This document shows, piece by piece, positions 53,751 through 64,000 of a stretch of 64,000 nt of DNA. The translations under genes were made by a program, and so were the position numbers. The DNA is taken from positions 35,739,440-35,803,439 of the forward strand of contig NC_068993.1 in the NCBI RefSeq assembly GCF_001194135.2, written 5' to 3'. Positions within the stretch are counted from its first letter, which is position 1; every line of letters begins with the position of its first letter. The notes beneath the pieces were generated by a model. It had not been told where the DNA came from. It did not search any database and saw only the letters and a program-made list of their open reading frames with translations. The stretch is from Octopus bimaculoides. Taxonomy: Eukaryota.

Positions 53751-54479
53751 ATAACCAAAGACCGTAATACGAGAAATCTCTGAAATCAACACAAGATACT
53801 ACACATCCTGTCGACCAGTCACATACCCATGAAGGGAAGGTGATAGAAGACTATGAAGTGTCAAGAAGCATATAAGAAAGCAATTATTCTTGCTCCCTTT
53901 ATTTCAACCTCACAAGAAGACCTACCAAGTATTTTACCTTTATTGATATGATCGAGCAAATTGAATAAAATATAACAAATTTATCATAAGAAACAAATTT
54001 ATCACTATAAATCATTTGAAATTTCGAATGAATGACATCCTAAGGCAAAGCAGGAGTAAAAGCAACGGAATTGATGCGACAAACGTCGACCCGATCAAAG
54101 TCATACCTTTATACTACTATTGCTTATACTACTATTGCATACAGTGGAAGCTAGAGGGAGTGGTACTGTAGTACAAACATTATGGCAGTTATAGAATGTG
54201 ATGTGTCACTGCTAAAACTGAGATGATTCGAAACTATGTCTGGAAAGCCATTGATTGTTGATCTTTAAAGATGGACATATATACGATTTTGTAAGTTATA
54301 TACATGAATAAGAAAAGTAACACTAAGTTCTGCCATTATTGTAATGGCATTCTCTTCTAACATTTGTTCGTCAAGTATATTTACAGACATAATTTGCAGG
54401 TTGCAGCTGAAAAGGGTATTTCTCGGTGCATTTATCATACAGTAAATAACAGATATAACGAAATAGTAATCATTTCTTC

Positions 54480-54690
54480 TCAAGGCACAGGACTAAAATT
54501 TTAAGGGAGTGACCTAAACGATTTCATTGACCCCAGTGCTCAACTGGTACTTGTTGCATCGAAAATCGAAATGCAATGTCGATCCTCGGTGAAATTTGAC
54601 TCAGAAAGTGAGAACGGACGAAATGCCGCTCAGAAATTTATCCGGCATGCTAACAATTCTGCGAGCTGGCAGAATTGTTAGCACGCCGAA
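54480..54690 (-). mobile_element. SINE family A copy with a fold-back at its head
   Basis: ttgaccccagtgctcaactggtac...aaatttgactcagaa...gctaacaattctgc followed by an inverted copy of the head. Confidence 0.7.
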
Positions 54691-55078
54691 GAAAATGAAG
54701 TTGGTGATAAGGATGATGACCACGATGATTATAATGGTGACGATGATGGTTATGATGATGACGGCGATAAAGTTTAACACAAGGGCACGATATCTAGGAG
54801 ACAGTTAATACCAGTAAAATTAGGAGTAAAACAGTATTTCCCATTCATCAAAATGACTATGACATAACGTGTTTTTTTTCGTTTTGGAAATACTTGTTCC
54901 TAAAAATAACAATTCGTACGCATGTGCAATGTTTGACCTATGAGTAAGTGTGTGAATGTGTTCTTTCTATTATTGAAATATTTAAACATTTAAATCGTTA
55001 AAAATCATGAAGATGGATATTTCACAAAGTTTGAGACTTCGACGAGATAAAAAGTAATAACGACAAGCACTATATAAG

Positions 55079-55118
<40 letters not shown>

Positions 55119-55206
55119 AATATACAAACAGATGAGTCTCTCTCCATTTCTTGATACATCAGTAGGTAGAAACACGTTTAAACCCACACATACACGCACA
55201 CATGCA

Positions 55207-55295
<89 letters not shown>

Positions 55296-55400
55296 GTGTA
55301 TGTATATGCACGTGCGTATGTGTATGTGTTTGTATTTTTGCGTGTTTGCATATATTCATATATACTTGTCCACACATACTCACAAACACACGCACTCGCA

Positions 55401-55454
<54 letters not shown>

Positions 55455-55455
<1 letters not shown>

Positions 55456-55602
55456 TTGTCCCCACCGCAGCCTGACAATCGGTGCTCAGCTAAAGAGGCC
55501 GATAGAATTAGTGCTAGACCTAGAAAAGCAATATGCCTGCAGACTATTTCTTCGACTAAACCCTCTAAGCATGTGCCCCAACACAGCCGCCGTCTTACAA
55601 CT
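55455..55602 (+). mobile_element. SINE family B 3' half
   Basis: gacaatcggtg...gaccgatagaattag...cttcgactaaa...agcatg...cagccgccgtc. Confidence 0.6.
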
Positions 55603-56049
55603 GAAAGAGAATATATATATATATATATATATGTGTTTTTGTCTATGTGTGTCTATGTATGCATGCGTTTGTGTGTGTGTGTGAGTGTGCATGTGTTTAT
55701 GTATGTACACATATCTACATATATAAGGATAGGTATACACATACATACGTAACTACACACACACACACACACACACACAAATTGGAAGTCAACGTATCGA
55801 ACTTAGTTAAATCAAACACGTCATATCAAATGATGACTCCCGATACATGATAACAAAAATTGTAAAGAGAACGTGAAGTGACGAGAACTGCACATTAAAC
55901 GAGATAATCTCGCTGTATTTTTTTTTAAGCCAAGAAATAGTGCATACAGACATACTTACGTATAAATATAAACATATAGAACTTGAATGTATAAATGTTA
56001 TAAAATGTACATGAACAGACGCATTGTATATCAACAGAGGTATTTAGAT

Positions 56050-56260
56050 ACTGGTTTCAATCTTTGGCACAAAGCCAGCAATTTCGATGAAGGGGTATAT
56101 TGATTGCATCGATCCTAGCGCTCAATTGCGACTTATTTTATCGACCTCGAAATGATGAAAGCAAAGTCGACCTTGGCGGAAGCTGAACTCAGAACATAAA
56201 GACGGACGAAATGCTGCTCTGCATTTTGCTCGGCGTGCTAACGATTCAACCAGCTCGCTG
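56050..56260 (-). mobile_element. SINE family A copy
   Basis: ttggcacaaagccagcaatttcg...gcaaagtcgaccttggcggaagctgaactcagaacataaagacggacgaaatg...gctaacgattc. Confidence 0.8.
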
Positions 56261-56609
56261 CAGACCTATTTACATATTAGTACAGGAATATATATGTACA
56301 TAAGGGGGCTGTGTGCTCCTTGCAGAGTTTGACCTCTTCTTGTATCTATAGGTGCTATTTCCAAGCCTTAGATCTTTTGAAATGACTTTTCAACAGTGAA
56401 AGGCGTTTGCCGAACTGATCACATATACTGCAACAATGTCGCATTTCAGCATTGGCTCGTCTATCATGTGTGTGTGTGTGTGTGTGTATGTATTATGTTT
56501 GTATACATGTATATATAAATACATATATTTATATATATATATGCATATCAGAATAGATACAGGTAAGTGTAGATACATATAGATATATGTAGCTATGTGT
56601 ATCTTTTAT

Positions 56610-57005
56610 TTTTGACTTGTTTTAGTCATTAAACTATGGCTATGCTGGGCACCACCTTGAATCAGTTTTAACCGAATGAATAAACATCAGTACTTCATTT
56701 AAGCTTGCACTAATTTTATTGGGTGTTTTGTCGAACCGCTAAGTCACGGGGGTGTAAACACACCAACACTGGTTGTCAAGTGGTGCTGGGGGACGAACAC
56801 AAAGAAATGCTCTCGCGCAAACACACATGCATATACACAGATACACACAGAGTTTCTTTTAGTTTTTGTCTGCAAAATCCACTCACAAGGCTTAGATCCG
56901 CCCGAGACTTTAGTAGAAGACACTTACCTAAGGTGCTATGCAGTGGGACTGAACCCGGAACCATGTGGTTGAGAAGTAAACCTCTTACCACACAACCACA
57001 CCTAC
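56610..57005 (-). mobile_element. SINE family B copy
   Basis: cgaaccgctaagtcacggggg...ttagtagaagacacttacctaaggtgctatgcagtgggactgaacccggaaccatgtgg. Confidence 0.85.
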
Positions 57006-57600
57006 ACCTATGCATATGTACACACTATACACGTATTTGTCATATGTAACGCTTGCTTTCACTCATTGCTGCCATCTTGTATCGATGGCAGAGAACAACC
57101 AAGACATGTGACCTCCTTTTCAGAAGTGATTACAGCACATAAAATATAGGATGCCTGAAAAACGAAGACTAATTTTGAGCTGAAACAAAACCAGTTACAA
57201 AAGTCTTTGAGCGGTCAGCAAGCAATACAGCAGAGAATTCCATCTGAAGCAGATAGGGAAAATATCAAGGGTTCCAACGATGGGCAAATACAGGATTTAA
57301 AACAGCAACACTGAGTTTCATTAACGAACAAAATGTCAGACTGCACAATATTACTGCCAGAGGATAATGACACCATATGAATATGGTAAGATTATTTCAT
57401 AATGTTCTGAATGTTGAGATATTATCTGATGAACTTATATACTTATCAGTTCCCAAACAATTAGAACATTAAAGCAACTATACATATATAAGATTCAGTA
57501 AAAGTAAAAAAAAGATATATACATGTTTGTCGATGTGCATATATGTGAATGAATAAACGGATATACATATAAATATATATTTATATACAGGTATACGTGA

Positions 57601-57651
<51 letters not shown>

Positions 57652-58424
57652 NNNNNNNNNNNNNNNNNNNNNNNNNNNNNNNNNNNNNNNNNNNNNNNNN
57701 NNNNNNNNNNNNNNNNNNNNNNNNNNNNNNNNNNNNNNNNNNNNNNNNNNNNNNNNNNNNNNNNNNNNNNNNNNNNNNNNNNNNNNNNNNNNNNNNNNNN
57801 NNNNNNNNNNNNNNNNNNNNNNNNNNNNNNNNNNNNNNNNNNNNNNNNNNNNNNNNNNNNNNNNNNNNNNNNNNNNNNNNNNNNNNNNNNNNNNNNNNNN
57901 NNNNNNNNNNNNNNNNNNNNNNNNNNNNNNNNNNNNNNNNNNNNNNNNNNNNNNNNNNNNNNNNNNNNNNNNNNNNNNNNNNNNNNNNNNNNNNNNNNNN
58001 NNNNNNNNNNNNNNNNNNNNNNNNNNNNNNNNNNNNNNNNNNNNNNNNNNNNNNNNNNNNNNNNNNNNNNNNNNNNNNNNNNNNNNNNNNNNNNNNNNNN
58101 NNNNNNNNNNNNNNNNNNNNNNNNNNNNNNNNNNNNNNNNNNNNNNNNNNNNNNNNNNNNNNNNNNNNNNNNNNNNNNNNNNNNNNNNNNNNNNNNNNNN
58201 NNNNNNNNNNNNNNNNNNNNNNNNNNNNNNNNNNNNNNNNNNNNNNNNNNNNNNNNNNNNNNNNNNNNNNNNNNNNNNNNNNNNNNNNNNNNNNNNNNNN
58301 NNNNNNNNNNNNNNNNNNNNNNNNNNNNNNNNNNNNNNNNNNNNNNNNNNNNNNNNNNNNNNNNNNNNNNNNNNNNNNNNNNNNNNNNNNNNNNNNNNNN
58401 NNNNNNNNNNNNNNNNNNNNNNNN

Positions 58425-58469
<45 letters not shown>

Positions 58470-59319
58470 TTATATTTATATAATATTAACATACGTGTAT
58501 ACAGGTATATATGTGGTTTTAGATTTATAGGTATATATTTTCAATATATGTGCATTGTATATACACATTTTTACATACCTAAGAATGCATAGATATACAC
58601 ATACACTTCTATATAGATACATACACACATACATACATACATGCATGTATATATGTGTGTGTGTCTGTGTGTGTATGTGTGTGTATATACGGGTACAGGG
58701 CGTCACCAATAGTAAACAACATGAAGTACGAAAACAAACGTGCTAAATACGCAAACAACGAGAGGAAAAAGTAGAAAACAGTACAAGTAACAAAAAGAAC
58801 GACCCTTCATCAATTCTCGACTATCTATCTATTCCTCATTTCGAGCATTGTACAACAATATGAGTCTTCGAAGACAGTTGCTCCCATAGATACCAAAATA
58901 CAATTTTGGATTTATGTAGGGTCAAAGTTGGGAACAAAAACAGGACAGTAGAAACATACAAGGAAACTGAACGAAAACAAACATGGAGGGTCGTTAGACC
59001 AGAACGAGGGGGAAATAGCGAACGCTGGGAGAAATATTTTCTTTGAAAAGCGAACAGATAGAAGAGAGAGATGGAAGACATCCAGTCCTTCGAGCAACAT
59101 CACGCATCCATTTCCAAGATGCATACATAGAGACATACATTCGCACACATGCATACATACATACATACATACATACAGACATACATACATACATATTCAT
59201 ACACGTATGCATATTTCTTATATTAATATCTTTTATGATTTTTACCGTTCCCTGAACTTTTCGCGTCTGTTCATGTTTGGGCTATTCATCGTGAGCTGCC
59301 CAGCAAGAGTGTAACTCAG

Positions 59320-59460
59320 AGATGGCTGTTAACATCGCGTAGCCTGGAGGCTAGAGTGTTCACTCAAGATTGCAAGATGGAGGTTTAGATTCCCAGTGCG
59401 TCAGTGCGCTGTTTTTCAGCACAAACTCTTCACATTGGTCCAGTCCACTCAGTTGTATTT
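59320..59460 (+). mobile_element. Degenerate tRNA-derived SINE (different family)
   Basis: A/B-box-like head (cgcgtagcctggaggctagagtg...ggtttagattcccag) followed by cttcacattggtccagtccactcagttgta. Confidence 0.5.
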
Positions 59461-59627
59461 ATAAACTTTCAACTGTTTGCCCACTCCGCTGTTCAAGTGA
59501 AACGTAGGCCTGCATGCCTAGCCAATGGAGAGGTATCATTCGAAAGTTGAAGCAGTACGAAGAAGCGCATTTTGAGAAGCACTGTATAATTACATCCAAT
59601 TGTCTTGTCAATTCAGTGACAGTGATG

Positions 59628-59743
<116 letters not shown>

Positions 59744-59794
59744 AACATTATTATTTCTAAATCTCTCAACTAGAGACATACAATAAAGATTATT

Positions 59795-59931
59795 TGCCAA
59801 TATAATATGGCAGTCCCGATTGGGATGGATTCTACTGTTGTTTAGTCCCAGAAAACATCGTCTCCAGCTGTTTCCTGGTGCTAAACAACAGTAGCATCCA
59901 TCCGAACCGGGATTGCCATATTATATTGACA
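59795..59931. mobile_element. 137-bp MITE / fold-back element
   Basis: TIRs of about 51 bp (59795-59845 and 59881-59931) with about 5 mismatches and a 35-bp spacer. Confidence 0.75.
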
Positions 59932-59993
59932 TATACGTATACCCCCCCACACACACATATACACACTCACATACACACATATATACACACACA

Positions 59994-60038
<45 letters not shown>

Positions 60039-60212
60039 ACATATATATATATATATATCTATATATATTATAAGATTTTATAGTTTGCTTGAAGCATTGT
60101 ATATGGAATATAATGTTGAAAGAGTTAAAAGGCTAAACAATGCAAATAGATTTTAAGATGAGGTAACGTAAACTAAAGTAAGTTACCTAGTAATCTTTGG
60201 TCTTATATGTAT

Positions 60213-60248
60213 CCAATATTTCGGAACATACATGTCCCTTCTTCAGGG
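60213..60248 (-). ncRNA. Minimal type-I hammerhead ribozyme-like motif (minus-strand copy)
   Basis: Reverse complement reads CC-CUGAAGA-A-GGGAC(AUGUAU)GUUCC-GAAA-UA-UU-GG. Stem II is retained through a G-U wobble. Confidence 0.5.
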
Positions 60249-60350
60249 TTAAAAAGGCCTTGTCCTTGATACGCTAGAAAATTCAAATATAATCATAGAA
60301 TTATTTTATCTCCAACAAAAAACATCTTACCAAGGACAGTGCCTTTTTAA

Positions 60351-60386
60351 CCCTGAAGAAGGGACTTGTATGTCCCGAAATATTGG
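60351..60386 (+). ncRNA. Minimal type-I hammerhead ribozyme-like motif (plus-strand copy)
   Basis: CC-CUGAAGA-A-GGGAC(UUGUAU)GUCCC-GAAA-UA-UU-GG: core CUGANGA and GAAA, perfect 5-bp stem II, palindromic AAUAUU stem III, short CC/GG stem I. One extra A between A9 and stem II. Confidence 0.55.
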
Positions 60387-61296
60387 ATACATATAGGACC
60401 AAATATTACCAGGTAACTTATTTTTAGTTTACGTTACCTCATCTCAAAATCTATTTGCATTGTCTGCCCTTTTATATACATATATNNNNNNNNNNNNNNN
60501 NNNNNNNNNNNNNNNNNNNNNNNNNNNNNNNNNNNNNNNNNNNNNNNNNNNNNNNNNNNNNNNNNNNNNNNNNNNNNNNNNNNNNNNNNNNNNNNNNNNN
60601 NNNNNNNNNNNNNNNNNNNNNNNNNNNNNNNNNNNNNNNNNNNNNNNNNNNNNNNNNNNNNNNNNNNNNNNNNNNNNNNNNNNNNNNNNNNNNNNNNNNN
60701 NNNNNNNNNNNNNNNNNNNNNNNNNNNNNNNNNNNNNNNNNNNNNNNNNNNNNNNNNNNNNNATATATATACGTAAATGTCGAAACATGAATATAAGTGC
60801 TCAACACCGCATTGGTAAATATAATTTCTCTATTTGAAAATTAAGGCTATATATATGTGTGTGTGTGTGTGAATGTGTGTGCGTGTGTGTGTGTGTGTGC
60901 TTGTGCATGTGTGTGTGTTTGCAGCTATGTATATGTGTGTGTCTGTGCTTGTGTGTGTGTGAGTGTGTGTGTATACATATACGAACATAAACAATCATGC
61001 ATGCATGCATATATATATACATATACATGAATGTATCTATATCCACATATGCAAACATATTTATGAATGTACACATATATATTAACACGTATATTGACAC
61101 ATATATTGACACATATATTGACACACATCCCAGTGTTGCTTGTTTATAGAGATATGGTTGTGATACCTAGAAAGGGAGTTACTCCATAGTAAATGAGTCC
61201 TAGATTTTTTCGTTCCCAGATGCCTCCAGCGAACAGCAACTTATTAGGTCCCGTGACTCGTGAAGGACTGGTTGACAAGAAAATAGAGGTCATGTT

Positions 61297-61365
<69 letters not shown>

Positions 61366-61724
61366 CAGAAAGAGAGGGAGGGTGGATGGAGAGAGTGAGA
61401 GATACACACACACACACACATATATATACACACATGCACATCTACATACATAGACATATACGTACCTACGTGCCTACGTATATACGTACGTAAGTACGTA
61501 CATACATACATGCAAACATACATACATACATACATACATACATACAAACAAACATACATACATACATACATACATACATACATACATACATACATACATA
61601 CATAGACAGCGAAAGATCGGATTCAGGGTAAATGTGTCGGTTAGTGAATTTGACTGTTTATAAATCTGATGGTGGTGTTGATGGTGTTACTGTGGGTAAT
61701 AGGCAAAATGACGACGACGACGAC

Positions 61725-61757
<33 letters not shown>

Positions 61758-62573
61758 AACGATGCTGGTGGTGATGTTGGTGTCGGTGATTGTACGTTAC
61801 TGGTATTAGTGGTGTGGGTGTTCTTAACAACGGTGATGACATTGGTAATGAGGGAGGAGGTGATGGACAAGATGGTAGCGACGGGTTTGGAAGGTATAGT
61901 AATGGGGATAAAAAAAGGAGTTGGAACCTGTGGCAATTAGTAGGAAGGTCTCTAGGCCCCGAAGGACGCGACCAACAAGCAAATTCATACATTCATTCAA
62001 AAATGCACGTTCTCACGCTGAACGTGCATATGCACGCGCGTGTGTGTGTGTATGCGCGTTCGCAAATGTGTATGCATTTATGTTTGCATTGTTTGCCATT
62101 ATTTGTATCTATATCTGCTTCGAGATTCACCGTTCTAAAAACAGGACTATTTCACATATATCTATGTTTCTATAGATGCATGGTTACCCTCACACACATG
62201 CATATATACATGTATATATACACACACGCATGAGCATATCTGTGTCATGGGACAGAGGTAGACGCGCATATGGCTGTGCTTCCTACGAATAATTACATGT
62301 TACATGTAAATAACTGCCAATTTGTACACAAATAGATGCATGCTTGCATATATTTATCTATTGATTTAAACTTCCATAAGTTTCAGTTACTTGAAATATC
62401 GACATGTTGTCATAGAAACCATTGTGTACGTTCTTTTTTTTTTCTTTTTTTTCTTTTTCATTGTGACTATTTAATTACACTTTCAACGCATTGTTTATGA
62501 AGCATAATGTTTAGATAAGCCTAATTTGGCCTGTATAAATATGCGAATAGACGTCAAGGGTATTGTGTGATAC

Positions 62574-62610
<37 letters not shown>

Positions 62611-62740
62611 GTGTATGTATATATATATATATATATATGACTGCATGGATGAATAAATGTAGTAGCGTCATGTGTTTCTATGTATCTGTATATAACGATA
62701 GAACAAATAGATTCTCGAGAAACAGACAGGTAAGTGGGAT

Positions 62741-62741
62741 G

Positions 62742-62793
<52 letters not shown>

Positions 62794-62984
62794 CACAGGC
62801 AGATAGATAGGAGATACACAGACAGATAGACAGACAATCAGACAGTCAGACGGACATAAAGATAGGTAGACAGACACACAGATAGATAAGTAGATAGACA
62901 GAAAGAGAGAGAGGGGAGCGTGTTGTATAGAGAGAGATACGTGGATAGATAGACATGAGACAGAATAGATAGGTAGGCGAATAC

Positions 62985-63021
<37 letters not shown>

Positions 63022-63030
63022 TAGATAGAC

Positions 63031-63087
<57 letters not shown>
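62741..63087. repeat. (GATA)n/(GACA)n compound satellite
   Basis: Directly visible, about 300 bp into intron 1 of the receptor gene. Confidence 0.9.
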
Positions 63088-63089
<2 letters not shown>

Positions 63090-63380
63090 GCATGGCATAA
63101 ATGTATTTGTTGACCTAATCTCAAGATGTTATACAAGACAACATCGACATCAATAAGAAATATGAATGTATGTTACTTTTGATATAATTAGAAATATAGG
63201 TAGATACGTTAGAAAAATCAATAGTTAATACAAAAGCAGTGTAGTTTGTTGTTGTTTGTTTTCTATATTTATTGTTGTGTTTGCTGCTAGTGTTGCAGGT
63301 GTTATAATTAGTTATCGTTGCTGTAGTTATTATTGTTGTTCTTCTTTTTGTTATTGTTGATGAGTTCAATGTTACAAATG

Positions 63381-63386
63381 ACTTAC
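63381..63386 (-). promoter_or_regulatory. 5' splice donor GTAAGT of intron 1 of the receptor gene
   Basis: Minus strand reads ...acactaaag|gtaagtcatt. Perfect consensus; the ORF hits a stop 4 codons later. Confidence 0.85.
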
Positions 63387-63779
63387 CTTTAGTGTATCTT
63401 CTCCGAGCATGTAGCCAAGCACTGGTATTGACAAGGCCTCCGCCACAATATTAACGGCGTGAATTGTCGGGCTTTTACCCACTACAATAAATGATTCCAC
63501 ATTCCCGTGTTTAATGGCACGACATATCTCGTTGATTACATCGTAGAAGTTGGTCGATGCTTTAACTTTGTAGCCTTGAAACCGGGTTTGTGTACTGTTG
63601 TTTCGCAATTCTGTAATAGCTTTAGTGAAGATACGTGAGAGCAGGGAGTACTGAGCCTTGTCAAATAGGGCTGCGATCGTGCGGTTGTGTTGTGTGTTGA
63701 CCCCAGGAAGAATTATAATCCACACCAGAGGCATGACTAAGGAGACGAAAACAGCGATTTGGGACAGCAGGGGCCGCAT
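63387..63779 (-). CDS. First coding exon (131 codons) of a secreted/membrane receptor with a periplasmic-binding-protein type 1 (LIVBP/ANF_receptor) amino-terminal domain; most like an NMDA-type ionotropic glutamate receptor subunit (GluN2/GluN3-like)
   Basis: ATG at 63779 with A at -3. Hydrophobic signal peptide MRPLLSQIAVFVSLVMPLVWIIILPGVNT. Then TIAALFD, N-glycosylation sequons NRT and NST, and NEICRAIKHGNVESFIVVG...AVNIVAEALSIPVLGY, which matches the iGluR ATD pattern C-x(7-8)-V-x-hydrophobic...IPV(L/I)(G/S) (compare GluN1 IPVLGL). The ORF crosses a strong donor AAG|GTAAGT (plus strand acttac 63381-63386), giving a phase-0 intron after ...GEDTLK. Subfamily assignment is from memory; a receptor guanylyl cyclase or class C GPCR is not excluded. 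Confidence 0.8.
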
Positions 63780-64000
63780 TATGAACGAAGCCGTACAACG
63801 CTCAACTGATCAAAACCCTTATGTTCCCCATACATATTAAGCTTTTAGTTTGTTTGTATGTCCATTTCCACCTTAGTTCATATTTTAGTTATTTAGGCTC
63901 AAAATTGTCTTAATAAATTCATCTAATTTGTTAGCATTCGTCAAGTTTTGTATTTATTTAACATGGTTACCGTTCGTTCCAGCCTTATGTCTACTAACTT

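Larger units (their letters stand above)
60070..60463. mobile_element. Penelope-like element remnant: GIY-YIG-like C-terminal tail plus inverted pseudo-LTR pair
   Basis: Plus strand 60070-60156 reads RFYSLLEALYMEYNVERVKRLNNANRF*, resembling the LEALYI...LN ending of PLE GIY-YIG domains. Inverted repeat 60137-60268 / 60331-60463, about 92% identical, each arm with a hammerhead-like core. Confidence 0.55.

Noticed and set aside
54265-54483. Minus-strand ORF ...LQIMSVNILDEQMLEENAITIMAELSVTFLIHV as a possible exon
   Set aside because: The acceptor phase is incompatible with the phase-0 donor of exon 1 and there is no convincing homology.
61632-61992. ORFs with poly-D / poly-S / poly-H and apparent hydrophobic segments
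   Set aside because: They derive from a (GAC/GAT/GGT) low-complexity tract; similar tracts occur elsewhere in the window.

Overview
This is eukaryotic, AT-rich, microsatellite-saturated genomic DNA from a gapped draft assembly (19 N-gaps, about 7 kb). The repeat content looks like an octopod cephalopod; that is an inference from the tRNA-derived and CORE-like SINE families. Nearly all ORFs in the supplied track are translations of simple repeats or gaps. The one well-supported host gene feature is the first coding exon (63387-63779, minus strand) of a signal-peptide-bearing protein with a LIVBP/ANF-receptor-type amino-terminal domain, most like an NMDA-type ionotropic glutamate receptor subunit. 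It ends in a canonical phase-0 GTAAGT donor. I found no convincing second exon, so most of the window is probably intron. That putative intron holds decayed transposons: a near full-length Tc1/mariner element, a mariner HTH fragment, hAT/Charlie, RTE, an REL-endonuclease LINE and a CR1/L2-like LINE, plus many SINEs and MITEs. The most interesting signals are structural: (i) a Penelope-like inverted repeat with a minimal hammerhead-ribozyme-like motif in each arm (60137-60463); (ii) a young 209-bp, about 98% identical fold-back inside an old LINE relic (52419-52935), a candidate ADAR substrate; (iii) an element with an A-B...A-B'-A' direct/inverted repeat architecture (38765-39555); (iv) a LINE 3' end inserted in an (AAT)n array; (v) SINE dimers with the same junction at two loci. 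I see no prokaryotic-type system (CRISPR, operon). All identifications come from reading motifs by eye; no database search was run.
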